From positions 124,001-188,000 of the forward strand of contig NW_025765448.1 of NCBI RefSeq assembly GCF_003918875.1: 64,000 nt of DNA. The letters run 5' to 3'. The stretch comes from Haliotis rubra (Eukaryota). The first letter of the stretch is position 1; the number at the start of each line of letters is the position of its first letter. Positions 26,301 to 41,300 of this stretch are shown in pieces. The position numbers and the translations under genes were made by a program. Below the pieces are notes generated by a model. It was not told the origin of the DNA. It saw only the letters and a list, made by a program, of their open reading frames with translations, and did not search any database.

Positions 26301-29300
26301 TCTCCTGTATATGTTCGAACAAGACTTAACTCACAGCACCAGTGTAAACTGAATCTGCTCATTACAGCTGGGTTTGTTCAGAGCGGAGACCATTGTTTTC
26401 ATCTTAACCACTCATGTCTGCCGCGAATCACTGATATTCTGCCCGTTCGCCTGCACCTAGACGCTTGCTGTTTGGCATATCTCACTACATACTAAACCCG
26501 TGAAGGTGCGGGTACCAATTGGTCTTCAGCAAGGCGACTAAAGGGATCGGGTGGTCAGGTTCGCTGACTTGGTTGATACATGTCATTATATCCCAATTGC
26601 TAAATAGATGTTCATGCTGTCTACACTGCATTGTCTGGTCCAGACTCGATTACTTACAGACCGCCGCCATACAGCTGGAATATTGCTGAGTGCGGCGTTA
26701 AACAACAAACAAACAAACAAACAGTAAACACTGTATACAAGGACATGGCGACAAACACGGCGACACCTCATCCAGCTTACGCTGATAATTCTAGGTTTGC
26801 CCCGAGAATGACTCTGTAAAGGTTACCACGGTAACACCCTCATGGCTCTGTAAAGGTTACCACGGTAACACCCTCTATCACACCGTCATGGCTCTGTATA
26901 GATTACCTCTATAACATCCACTGGCTCTGTATAGGTTATACCACTATAACACCCTGATGACCCTGCATAGATTACCATTATAACACCATCATGAATCTGT
27001 ATAGGTTACCTCTATAACACCCTGATGACCCTGAATAGATTACCATTATCACACCATCATGGCTCTGTATAGATTACCTCTATAACATCCTCATGGCTCT
27101 GTATAGGTTATACCACTATAACACCCTGATGACCCTGCATAGATTACCATTATAACACCATCATGACTCTGTATAGGTTACCTCTATAACACCCTGATGA
27201 CCCTGCATAGATTACCATTATAACACCATCATGAGTCTGTATAGATTACCTCTATAACACCCTGATGACCCTGCATAGATTACCATTATAACACCATCAT
27301 GACTCTGTATAGGTTACCTCTATAACACCCTGATGACCCTGAATAGATTACCATTATCACACCATCATGGCTCTGTATAGATTACCTCTATAACATCCTC
27401 ATGGCTCTGTATAGGTTATACCACTATAACACCCTGATGACCCTGCATAGATTACCATTATAACACCATCATGACTCTGTATAGGTTACCTCTATAACAC
27501 CCTGATGACCCTGCATAGATTACCATTATCACACCATCATGGCTCTGTATAGATTACCTCTATAACATCCTCATGGCTCTGTATAGGTTATACCACTATA
27601 ACACCCTGATGACCCTGCATAGATTACCATTATAACACCATCATGACTCTGTATAGATTACCTCTATAACACCCTGATGACCCTGCATAGATTACCATTA
27701 TCACACCATCATGGCTCTGTATAGATTACCTCTATAACACCCTGATGACCCTGCATAGATTACCATTATCACACCATCATGGCTCTGTATAGATTACCTC
27801 TATAACATCCTCATGGCTCTGTATAGGTTATACCACTATAACACCCTGATGACCCTGCATAGATTACCATTATAACACCATTATGACTCTGTATAGGTTA
27901 CCTCTATAACACCCTGATGACCCTGCATAGATTACCATTATCACACCATCATGGCTCTGTATAGATTAACTCTATAACATCCTCATGGCTCTGTATAGGT
28001 TATGCCACTATAACACCCTGATGACCCTGCATAGATTACCTCTATAACAACATCATGAGTCTGTATAGATTACCTCTATAATACCCTGATGACCCTGCAT
28101 AGATTACCTCTATAACACCATCATGACTCTGTATAGATTACCTCTATAACATCCTGATGACCCTGCATAGATTACCATTACAACACCATCATGACTCTGT
28201 ATCGGTTATACCACTATAACACCCTGATGACCCTGCATAGATTACCATTATAACACGCTGATGACCCTGCATAGCTTACCATTATAACACTATCATGACT
28301 CTGTATAGATTACCTCTATAACATCTTTATGGCTCTGTATAGGTTATACTACTATAACACCCTGATGACCCTGCATAGATAACCATTATAACACCATCAT
28401 GACTCTGTATAGATTACCTTTATAACAACCTGATGACCCTGCATAGATTACCATTATAACACCATCATGACTCTGTATAGGTTATACCACTATAACACCC
28501 TGATGACCCTGCATAGATTACCATTATCACACCATCATGACTCTGTATAGATTACCTCTATAACATCCTCATGGCTCTGTATAGGTTATACCACTATAAC
28601 ACCCTGATGACCCTGCATAGATTACCATTATAACACCATCATGACTCTGTATAGGTTACCTCTATAACATCCTCATGGCTCTGTATAGGTTATACCACTA
28701 TAACACCCTGATGACCCTGCATAGATTACCATTATAACACCATCATGACTCTGTATAGATTACCTCTGTAACACCCTGATGACCCTGCATAGATTACCAT
28801 TATAACACCATGATGACTCTGTATAGGTTACCTCTATAACACCCTGATGACCCTGAATAGATTACCATTATCACACCATCATGGCTCTGTATAGATTACC
28901 TCTATAACATCCTCATGGCTCTGTATAGGTTATACCACTATAACACCCTGATGACTCTGCATAGATTACCATTATAGCACCATCATGACTCTGTATAGAT
29001 TACCTCTATAACACCCTGATGACACTGCATAGATTACCATTATAACAACATCATGACTCTGTGTAGGTTACCTCTATAACACCCTGATGACCCTGCATAA
29101 ATAACCATTATAACACCATCATGACTCTGTATAGATTACCTTTATAACACCCTGATGACCCTGCATAGATTACCATTATAACACCATCATGACTCTGTAT
29201 AGGTTATACCACTATAACACCCTGATGACCCTGCATAGATTACCATTATCACACCGTCATGGCTCTGTATAGATTACCTCTATAACATCTTCATGGCTCT

Positions 29301-32300
29301 GTATAGGTTATACCACTATAACACCCTGATGACCCTGCATAGATTACCATTATAACACCATCATGACTCTGTATAGGTTACCTCTATAACACCCTGATGA
29401 CCATGCATAGCTTACCATTATCACACCATCATGGCTCTGTATAGATTAACTCTATAACATCCTCATGGCTCTGTATAGGTTATACCACTATAACACCCTG
29501 ATGACCTTGCATAGATTACCATTATAACACCATCATGACTCTGTATAGATTACCTCTATAACACCCTGATGACCCTGCATAGATTACCATTATCAAACCA
29601 TCATGGCTCTGTATAGATTACCTCTATAACATCTTCATGGCTCTGTATAGGTTATACCACTATAACACCCTGATGACCCTGCATAGATTACCATTATAAC
29701 ACCATCATGACTCTGTATAGATTACCTCTATAACACCCTGATGACACTGCATAGATTACCTCTATAACAACATCATGACTCTGTATAGATTACCTCTATA
29801 ACACGCTGATGACCCTGCATAGATTACCTCTATAACACCATCATGACTCTGTATAGATTACCTCTATAACACCCTGATGACCCTGCATAGATTACCATTA
29901 CAACACCATCATGACTCTGTATCGGTTATACCACTATAACACCCTGATGACCCTGCATAGATTACCTCTATAACACGCTGATGACCTTGCATAGATTACC
30001 ATTATAACACTATCATGACTCTGTATAGATTACCTCTATAACACCCTGATGACTCTGCATAGATTACCATTATAACACCATCATGACTCTGTATAGGTTA
30101 CCACTATAACACCCTGATGACCCTGCATAGATTACCATTATAACACCATCATGGCTCTGTATAGATTACCTTTATAACACCCTGATCATCCTGCATAGAT
30201 TACCATTATAACACCATCATGGCTCTGTGTAGATTACCACTATAGCCGTGTTACTGTTCATAGCCGTGATCTCACTCTCGAATCCAAACTATTTCATTAG
30301 GATAAGGTGTACATAAGGGATAAACGGCAATGGTATAAAGGCAGATGGTTAATGAGTTGTAACCTTGTAGCCCAACACAGACACAGGGGCTTGAACCAGG
30401 CAGTGAATTTCAGCGAGGATATCACACAATTTCCTACAAAGCGACAGACAGCAAAGGTTTTTCCGACTACTGCAATTTCGCGTTTGAAGTGAGAGGTAAG
30501 ATTTACACACTTATCAGCACCCTGCAAGAGCAATCCATACATCGGCGACCGTTCTCGGCCGCTCTTGTAGCAGATACACGAGTTTGGTTTCCATTTCAAA
30601 CGATTAGTTAGCAATTACGGAGGCGTTCGTTTCGGTTTAAGAGGATATCGTTGCAATTTTGGAAGTTTATTTTCCTATTTTGGTGATATGTGGTCTGTTT
30701 TGGCGTATATCAGTTCAGTTTTGATGATTTGTTCGCCGTTTGTATGGTAGGCCTGTACATGTACCTACCAAACACCGATCTGAGAAACAGGCTAGCTATT
30801 CTCGAAATGTTCGTAGCCCTAAGAACTTCTTAAGCCCATTCTGAACACATTGGCTACGATCAAAGTTAAGAATTCTGTGAAGGGCTACGAGGGATCGTTT
30901 CGTACTGCCTCCCTCTCTCTCTCTACGAACGTTTCGAGAATAAGTGCCCAGATCGTTTAGGGGCCTACGAACACTGAAAAAGGGAAAACGGTAGCCGTGC
31001 CAATTTTAACCTAGAATCTGTGCTTTACTGAAACAGTGTAATCCCAGATATAACATAAATTTTATGTTTACAAATTCTATAATTTAGACTTTTTAGGCAC
31101 ATCTGTCACCTAAATCGCTTCACCGTTCCTTTTGCCTTTTTGGATGTATTCGGTATTGGTATCAAAACTTCGGTCATCGTCTAACAATATTCCCGAGCTA
31201 ATCTGTACACAACATATAATCAAGACTAATAAGCGGTTTAAAAATATGAAGTCTTCTTGCTGTGAACTCACACGGAGTATAGTCGTTAAAAAGAAAACAA
31301 TCAAACTTCGGGGGACATCATTTCATTGTAGTGTACATTTTCTGTTGAGCATATATACTTACAAGGCTAGATTTGATTATACAATCACTGAACCTCACAA
31401 GTATATGCATGTGGTGTAGCCTGAAAGGGTCTTTGCACGCAAACTGTCTTGATGACTCACATACATAAGGCAAACAATATCAATACTTACGTGACTAAAA
31501 CTTCCTTGTTAATGAATACCAAAGAACGAACTTCATTGTATTTCTTGATGAATTCATATATTGTTATGAAAGACATTGCTATTGGATGTAATTATGATTA
31601 TTTCATATCTTTAAATATCAGTTCCCACGTGTTTCATGCACTGGGTTCGTCACGCGTCACGCGTGTGTGATAGCGGAGAGCTCATCCACGGGAAGAAGTG
31701 CCAGCTGATCTGTGACGACGGGTATGACCTTGTGGGCGCTGCAGAGGTCACATGTCAGCAAGACGGTTCCTGGAGCAGTGACCTGCCCACGTGTAAACGT
31801 AAGTGCCATTCTCAGCAGTCGTTTGTTCCAAGTAATGATAGTCAGCGAATGATTATTGATTGCGTCATATTTTGTATGCCTTCAGTAACGGTTATCTCAA
31901 ACAGAATTATATCGCATTGACACGACCGGATCTGATAGTGTACGAAACTAAACCTGTAAAATTAGAACTCACAATTAAAAGTATAAATACCCACTCTCTC
32001 AAAAAAGAAACGCAACCCTTGTTTTTTTTGGTAATGTTTATATCAATTTTAACTGGTTATTACATTTGTATTTTTAAAGATAATGCCATGAAATTTGACA
32101 TGGTGAACCTTAGGTCAGCACGGTATAAGGTAACAGTTAATGCAGGTCAGTATCGAACTCTCAATTTACGCTAGGGGGCGTTGTCTTCAGTATCTCGTTG
32201 TAGAGCCACGAGCTCTAATCACAGCAGTGCACCTCCTCGGAACAGAACGAATCAGACGGCGGATGTTTTCCTGGGGATTGCTCTCCACTCTTCCTGGAGT

Positions 32301-35300
32301 GCTTCGGCCAGTTCAACCAACGTGCGGTTGTGGTGTACGTGCACGAACACGACGATACAGCTGGTCCCACAGATGTTCGATAGGATTGATGTCTGGCGAT
32401 CTGGAGGGCCACGGCATCACGTTGACGTTTGAATTCTGTAGGAATGCCACTGTTGCACGAGCTGTATGAGGGCGGGCATTGTCATGTTGAAACAACTCCC
32501 TCTGTTGGTCGATTATCGGCAGAAGATGTGGCTGTAAAGACGTCATCAATGTACCGTTGTGCCGTCAAATTGCCACGAATGATGACCAAGTCTGACCGTT
32601 GGTTGTAAGACATGGCTCCCCATACCATGATGCTTCCTCCTCCAAATCTGTCGACCTGTCGATCGCAGTTCGGTGCAAAACGTTCATTTGCTCGTCTATA
32701 GACACGTTGTCTACCGTCACGTCGTTGAAGAAGAAAACGAGACTCGTCACTAAACCAGACTCTTCTCCAGTTTCTTAGGGTCCATCTCCTTACGTTAGTA
32801 CACCACCTGAGACGTTGGCGTCGATGTTGGCGTTTCAAGACGGGCCCAACAACTGGTCTTCTTGCACGTAAATTTGCCTCATGTAAACGGTTCCTGATGG
32901 TTTGGGCCGATACTCTCCTCAAACCTGGCACCTGTGTTGCAGTGATGGTGGGTGTGGCATGTCGATTACGTAGGTGGCTGAGTCGAATAAAGCGATCCTG
33001 AGCCGGTGTGGTGATCCTAGGTCTACCGCTCCTGGGACGATCTTCAATTGCATGGAACTGTATTGTAACGATTCCAAAGTCGTGAGATTGTTGTTTTGTG
33101 TACGTTTAGATGACGGGCAACTGTTCCAAAGCTTCCCCGGCCTCAATGCGACCAATGGCAATATTTCGATTTGCTGTACTCAAACGGGGCATTTTCGAAC
33201 TTGTTTTGCAGAGCAAATTATGAGAGAAAAATTACAAACTACGCGTGCTTTTAAAACCCTCTACATGAACTGTGTTTTCAACGATTTGCACGTGCAACAG
33301 GCTTTTAGCATTTTGTACATGACAATTTCGCACTTTCTCAAATAACACGGATACAAAGGTCATCATGTGTGAAAATGGTTCCGTTTGGGAGCTTATACTG
33401 ATCAGATGGGAACGTATTAACAGTATTTTGAAGAAAATTCTAATTTACATTCACCATCTTTATTCTAGAAATGATGTCAGATATTTAGATAGGGGTTGCG
33501 TTTCTTTTTTGAGAGAGTGTAGAAGTGCAACTAAAAACTAAAACTAGAACGAAGTTTGATTTAACGCCGATTTGAAGAATATTTCACTTATCACAAGGGT
33601 GTCGGGGAGGCAGTCCCGAAGTGATGCAGATCTTAAATACTTTACAAAACAATAAACAAGATTCTTACCAGAATAAAGCATGGTCATTGTTGTTACCTGT
33701 CTGACATTCAGCTGTGGTGGATACGACGAGGACTGGTAGACTCGGAGCTCGTATACGCTGTTGATGAGAGATAAATAGTTTATTAATGTGTCACGCATAC
33801 AACTCAGCATTTTGTTACACTATAAGAGCGCAATATAAGTTTAAATGTCCAGCCAAATTGGCTTATGAGACATAGAACTGTTTTAAAACATAGTAGTACC
33901 ATAAAAAATATATATATATGGTATAGAGCATAAAATGCATGTTATAAAACGAAAGAAAGGATTAAATCACATGTTCCTTCTTTAAACATTAGAAGGGTAA
34001 CGTAAATGGTTATGGTTAAGAATGTAACTAAGTATAGAAGCACTATCCATATAGATAAAACCTGGAATGTTTTGTTCAGCTGCTAAAACTAACTTATATT
34101 TCAAATCCGAGTAAACGTAACAATCAATAAGAAAGTGTGTTTCATCTTCTACAGCAGCTTGTCCTATTCCTGTACAGAACTGGCATATTCTGTCGTTCAG
34201 TGCGGTAGGAGACTTAGGGTATCTTCCTGTCTCAATTGCTAAGTGGAGGTTACCACATCTGAACTTAGATAGGATACGTTGTTGATCCCGACATTTGACT
34301 GTCCGAACGTAACAACTTGTTTTAGGTTCAGTCTTGAATGTTCTATAGGTTCGGACCTTGTTCCCGTTAGGTTTGTTGTGGTCGTTTCATAATTCACGTG
34401 TCCAGTCGTTGATATCGCATTGAGTAAAAGAGTCTTTAAATGCATCCATTTTTGTCTTACTTGGCATATCTGTGTCGATTATATCTGTAGCACCATGGTT
34501 TTCCAACAACAATCTTTTTTTCCAAGATGTTGGCTTTGTTTTTCCCCACTCATGTATTATACGGACGATTCTATCGCTTTTCATCTTGTTCAGTCTTGTT
34601 AGGAGTCTGCAAACCTCCATGCGCTGTGTCACTGTCACTATGTTGGAGCTAGGTTGGAGTTTTGTCCAGTTCTCAGGAAGTATTTGCAGGCTCTGTTCTG
34701 TACTGTCTTCACCTCTCTGTACGTGTTGATTCCCCAGATTCCGGCTCCATAAAATAGCACTGGCTCTACAAAGCATGTATAACTTTGTATATACATCAAA
34801 GGACATACCTCCAGCTCTGTTAAACTTGGTATACAGGGAAGAAAGTGCTATCAGTCATATCCAAGTGTTCATTTAACCATATACCAAGATATCGATAGCA
34901 GTTGGTATACTTAACAGACCTATCTCCGCAAGTAAACTTGAATTCTCTCCTCTCCCTTGATGGCATACGAAAGTGAATCACTTTAGTCTTTCCAATATTT
35001 ATGTCAAGTTTCCAACTGCTACACCATTCCTGCAGAACATTTAACATTTTCTGGAGAGATTCTTCGTCCGGGGCGATGAGGGCGATGTCACATCAGTGAC
35101 ATCGACTCCGCAATCTAGCTTTTTTATCTCTTCCGCTATGTCGTTGGCGGAAATGGAAAAAAGAGAGGGGAGAGTTTACAACCTTGTTTTACGCCAATGT
35201 CAACTTTAAAACTGCCAGTGATATAGTCATTGATACGTAATGAGCAACTGACGTCGTCATACAAAGATTGCACTGCGTCGATAATTCTCCCTGACATCCC

Positions 35301-38300
35301 CGTCCGCATCAGTTTCTACCAAAGATATTTCCTATCTACCGTGTCAAACGCCTTACGGATATCCACAAAGCATAAAGTTGATTTTTTCTTCGTTTTGCTG
35401 TTGTTGATTAGACTATACAGAGAGTATGTGTGATCTTCACAGTTCCGGTCGGAGGGAAAGCCGTTCTGTTCCTCTGCTAGCAGCCTATTCCTTTCTAACC
35501 ATGCTTGAATTCGGACATTCAGGATATCGGCGTACACCTTGCAGGGTACAGATATGAGCGTAATACCTCTGTAACCAAGCGGCTCCAGAGGGTCACTTCC
35601 GTCCTTTGGTATAGGTGTAATGATGCCCGCGCACCATGCGGTCGGGCTTACACTGTTTTCAAAACAAAAGCTTATTATGCGGTGAAATAACTGGATGCAC
35701 GTTGTATTGCTTGATGTCTGCTTGTCCAATCAAACCGTCATTAGACAAGTTCAAACAGCACGAAAGGTCACGAGACAAGCGATGTAATCTTCAACCCCAT
35801 TTCACTTTCCCTCACCATCATAGTTTTCCTTTCAAAGCCAAAACGTGCCCCGACCTTAGCAACTTCACCTGCACTGACAACTACAACTACGGCAGTATCT
35901 GCTCCCTGTCCTGCGACACCAGTGTCGGCTTCAGCGTCACCAACCCCAGCATCACTATATGCTTGAAGACCGGGCAGTGGTTCCATCCCGTGCCACAGTG
36001 TATAGGTGAGGGGTCAGAATTACATGCACATTGTTGGTTTAATTACCTATAAGTAGAATTTATTATTGCCAGTAGAATTTATTATTGCCCATCTGCAGTA
36101 ACACGACAGAGTTCACAGTGTTGCAAAGTCCGAGACGAACTTACGAGAGTGCTCGCTTAAACCACAAAGTTATTGTCCATAAGGAAGGAAGACTATTACA
36201 TTAAGATCTAGTCCACGAAATGAACATATTTTACCGATAAAAGGGATTTTCAGGCTTGACACCCATTCTAGACTTGCATAGGCTGTTCTGGGTATATATG
36301 TTTCTGGGTTTGTAAAACAGACAAGAAGATATTAGTNNNNNNNNNNNNNNNNNNNNNNNNNNNNNNNNNNNNNNNNNNNNNNNNNNNNNNNNNNNNNNNN
36401 NNNNNNNNNNNNNNNNNNNNNNNNNNNNNNNNNNNNNNNNNNNNNNNNNNNNNNNNNNNNNNNNNNNNNNNNNNNNNNNNNNNNNNNNNNNNTCCATGTC
36501 AGATGACACAAAGTTTCTGTCCATCAGATACTGCAGCGCCAGTCTTCGACAACTGTCCCACCGAGAGTCTCATGTTGTTTGCGGACCAGGGCTCAACTCT
36601 GACAGCAGGAGTGTGGGGCGACATCACAGCGACGGACAACTCCGGGAACGCTTCCGTAACACAAGTCGAGGGGTTGCCGCAAAGGTCGATGTTTCCGTCA
36701 GGGTCGTCAGTCGTCAAGTACAAGGCTACTGATCCGTTTGGCAACGAGGCTATGTGTACATTTAACATTGTGGTCCAAAGTGAGTGAGATGTTCTCGTTG
36801 CCCGTTTTCACAGAGTTAAGTTCACTCCACTAATTCTGATAATGCATGTGCTCCACGAACAGAAGATTCAATGCTTCTGTCTCATAAGTGAGTCTTCAAA
36901 CCGAGGCTGGTCGACCTGGAAAGGCGCCATATGGACAATAAACCTAATATAACATAATATGACCTGGGGGGGGGCTCAGATACAGTGTTCAAAGTGTATA
37001 GAATTAGGGTAAAGCGAGCAAACCGATCTCAGTCTCACTCAACGTCAGTTGGTCACGTCTTCTGTAGAACTGAATCCAGAGATTTCATCGTTCATCACAC
37101 TCGTCTTCAAGACAAGTGCATTAAAGGCAATGGTTTTACCTTCATAGAGCCTCAATAAACTTCTAGATTTGTGAGTTCGACGTCTTCAACGCTATGATGT
37201 TTGGTTTGTCAGTACCATACCTCTGATTCTGACATACGTGAACAACGTGCATCGGTTTCTGCACCTAGTTAACACATCGTCTAATACCTCCGACTATTGT
37301 ATTGCAATATAGTTCGAACTATATATATTAAGGATTTGAGCAATTAACACATTTTTCAAGGATTAATCCTCCATCCTAAATGAGGTTTTAAGGTTCGTTA
37401 TATTTCAGCCCTGACCTGCAGTCCTCCATCCGTCACAGCCAAGATGTGGTTTCAGTGTACCAATGACTACATGTATGGATCCGAGTGTGCTCTTGGGTGT
37501 ACGGGAGCCTTACTGAATGGATCCAACTTGATGGCATGCGCGAAGAAGAGCACATCACCACCTGGCACCTACTGGGAATACAATGGCACCCCAGCCCTTC
37601 TGCGAAGGTAAGCCTTTAACTACCTTGTGACTTTCTCGCCATGGCCTGTATCTGTGTATGAAGTCTGTCGCCATTTTCAACAATGTTTGCCTAACTGAAG
37701 CGACAGAAAAACTGTTGAGTAAATCATTGTCAGTGTGCTGAATGGTGATGGAACATAATATCATTCGAATGTACAGAGTCGGACCCGTCCTCACAATTGT
37801 TCAAAAGAAGAGGACCAGATATCTGGTGATATTGTACATGACTCATCAAATATCGTGCAGTAGGTTTGCGCCACGTGTCAAATACATCTGGTATCACCGT
37901 TCGGGCCACGATCATAGTCGTTCAGACAGGTGTCATCACTCTACTGATCACTGTGCTGTTTGTATTTTCAGATGTTCAGGACACCTACGACATGATCATT
38001 TGAACGCTAACGTGTTTTATCACCTTTAGCGTGCACACTTACTTCGGCATGATCAACAAACTAATACCGCTGGAATCAATATTTTTATCATTTTATGTTT
38101 TCGTTTTAGCTGCATTAGAATGGCAGCTTATAATTAATTCGGTCAAACATATTTGGCTTCTGGAAAAAGGGGAAACAAGTTTGAAAAAAACACTGCTTTT
38201 GGAGCATGGGAAAAGATGAAAATATTCTCATAATTAGTAATGCTATTTCAGAAAGGCCCTGCCCCGACCTCGAACCGCCACAGAACGGTGCTCTTGCTTG

Positions 38301-41300
38301 CGACGCTAACTTGGCCAGTTCCTTCTGCAGTATGCAGTGTAACGACAAATATGACGTACCATACAATGTGGAGCCTTTGTACGCTTGTGCCTACACAACA
38401 GGGCTGTGGAAGCCATCTGAAGACTTCCCCGACTGTACCGGTGAGTTTGTTTGTTTGTTTGTTTGTTTGTTTGTAAGCAATATTCCAGAGTTATATATCG
38501 GCGGTCTGTAAATAATTGAGCCTGGACCAGACAGTCCAGTGATCAACACATTTGGGATACGATGACATAAGTCAACCAAGTCAGCTAGCCTGAGCACCCG
38601 ATCCCGTTAGTCGCCTCTAAGCATGATTTACTGAAGACCAATTCAAACCTGGATTTTCATAGGTTGAACCAATCTCACTCTCTATATTTATTTGCTCTCT
38701 TTGCCAGTCAAAGCCAGGAATCAGTTTACTTTATCGAGTTGCAGTATTAATAGTGGTATAATCATGGATGACTTTCTACACCACCTCGGGTGTTACAGAA
38801 TGTATACGATTCTGTTTATCGGTATACGATAGATTGTGTATTTCGTCCCACCACAGTACTATTTGATGGAACTGTATGTCTGTCAACATTTGGACTCAAT
38901 ATGGTTTTACAGTCCGTCATCGTCCTGGTTCGGCAAAACAGCTGTCGGAGATGTTGTACTACACGGGGGAGTGCGAGGATGAGGAGACGCTGCTACAGAT
39001 CAAGGAAAACCATCTCAACACCATGCAGAATTCAACCTTTAGCGATGTGTGTTTAAAGGCACAGTGTTCGGTGGATAACGTTGAAGTCACTTGCGGGGAG
39101 CTTGGAAGGAAGAAACGCGACACAGACAACAAGTATGGAGTAAGTTATGGAGCTGGGTTTAACGTCCCTTTCAACGGTATTCCAGCTGTAGCTCGGTGTG
39201 TCAGCTTGTTGTGAGAGTATGTGAGTGAGTGAGTCGCATAAGCAATATTCCAGCAATAGCAGGGCTTGGAACACCAGAAATGGGCTTTCACACATTGTAC
39301 CCATGTGGGAAATCGAACCCGGGTCTTCGGCGTGACGGGCAAACACTTTAACCACAAGGCTACTCCACCGCTGTTACTTCGAAGGGTCAAGCTATATTCT
39401 ATTTATAATATCATGTTGCTGTGTGGTAGCCTAGCATATAAAGCGTTCTCTCGTCACGCCGAACATCAGCATTCGATTCCCCACATAGGAACAATTTGTG
39501 AAGTCATTTTCTGGTGTCCCCTGCCGTGATATTGCTGGAACATTCCTAAAAGCGGCATAAAACTAAACGCATTCATAATATCGCGTCAGTGGAAACCATA
39601 ATGAACGACCTTTGCACGAGCTATCATTTCTATTTAGACAGACCCAGAAACGTACAACCTGACCACGCAGAGCAGGAAGCGCCGATCAACAGTAACCGCC
39701 GTTATTGTCAAATGGGACATCATCATACCATTCGACTGTGAAGAAATGTCGAACAATGATTGCATAGATCATCACCTGGCTATTCTAAACTCGTTATCTG
39801 CCTCTATTACCGAGATGGCAAACAACGGTGACTTCCAACACCCAGTGCCCGGATATGAGACCCGCGTCGACGAATCGTACTATCCGGGTGGAATAGACCT
39901 GGTGTGTGGGGAGGGGATGTGGGGCAATGCACAGACTGCCTCTTGTGGTGAGAGAAATAAAATATACTTAAAAAAACTTTCTATACGAGCGTAATCATAA
40001 GACGTTTTCCTTGTTTGTTTGTTGTTTAACGCCACACTCAGCAAATATCAGCGCAATATGTCGGCGGTCTGTAAATAGTCGAGCCTGGACCAGACAATCC
40101 AATGATCAACAGCATAAATGTCCATCTGCGCAATTGGGATACGATGACAAGCGTCAACTAAATCAGTGAGCCTGTCCTCCCGATCCCGTTAGTCGCATCT
40201 TACGACAAGCATCCTCTGCTCAAAGCGTTACGCGTTCATCCAACGTTAAGTGTCACACGTTAGTGTTATTCGGTCTTTTCAGCCGTGTGTCCAACCGGAA
40301 CGATGTACAATGCTACGTTAGATGACTGCAGCACGTGCCCAGTGGGATTCTATCAGGATGAAGACCACAGCTTCTCATGCAAGTCTTGTCCTCAAGGTTC
40401 AACGACTCTCAAGGAAGGGTCACGGTCACGGAATGACTGTCTCGGTAAGTACTTGTCATTTTTGTATTTTCTGATCGAGAACCACTCAGTAAAGCTCCAT
40501 CTTTAATGTGATGACCTGTAAATTATGTGAGGACCCCGAACTGATATTATCAACAACAACCGAACCTGACAATACGTTCTAGCCTTACACGAAAGGTCAG
40601 TCTTATTATTAGGTGACACAGACTCCGTTGGGTGAAATATATAAATGAGTGGTAAACTGATAACCACAGGTGACACCAGGTTTTCGCAAAAAGAGTTGGG
40701 ATATCCTGCTCAAAGTAAGTGACAAAACCCTTTCCGTCATCACAGAAATGTACTACATGAAAAGTAAGGGATATTCCATTTTGGAGCGATATTATTAGCG
40801 AATCAAGTTGCATTATTGCATAGGGAATTAGAAAACACGCCAATTCCGTGCAAGCATTTATAGAACGTCCAGAACGTATTGGGACGGCCCAGTCATGGTG
40901 CAGGGTGGGATCACTGGGACTGGCGGAACATATTTACAGGTTATTCTCGGACGTGACCCTGGGTAGTACTACCGTGACAACGTCCTGCAGGCAGACGTGG
41001 AGCAATTTACGCGGCGACATGGACGTCGTTACGTGTTTGGGCATAACAACGCAAGAGCTCACAGAGCATTACCCCCCTACAATGACTAGCGCTTAATCCA
41101 CACTTGTCACCCGTCGTCAGGGATATTCGTATACGGCGGTCACATCTTACGGACACGCACGCAGTTGACCGTGGATGAACGTAGTAGACCGTATTTGACC
41201 TTAGTTAAAAGCAGTTAGACGTATTCAAGTGTAGTCCAACGTAGATCACCGTAGTTATGGCCGTACTTTGAACTTCAGCAAATCCATGATTTTGCCGTGG

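Noticed and set aside
26808-30245. Regular 34-36 bp repeats as a CRISPR array (also 42089 and 58315)
   Set aside because: Head-to-tail monomers without unique spacers, no cas genes, and a eukaryotic context.
32187-33192. Active or domesticated Tc1 transposase
   Set aside because: At least three frameshifts and a mutated left TA target duplication.
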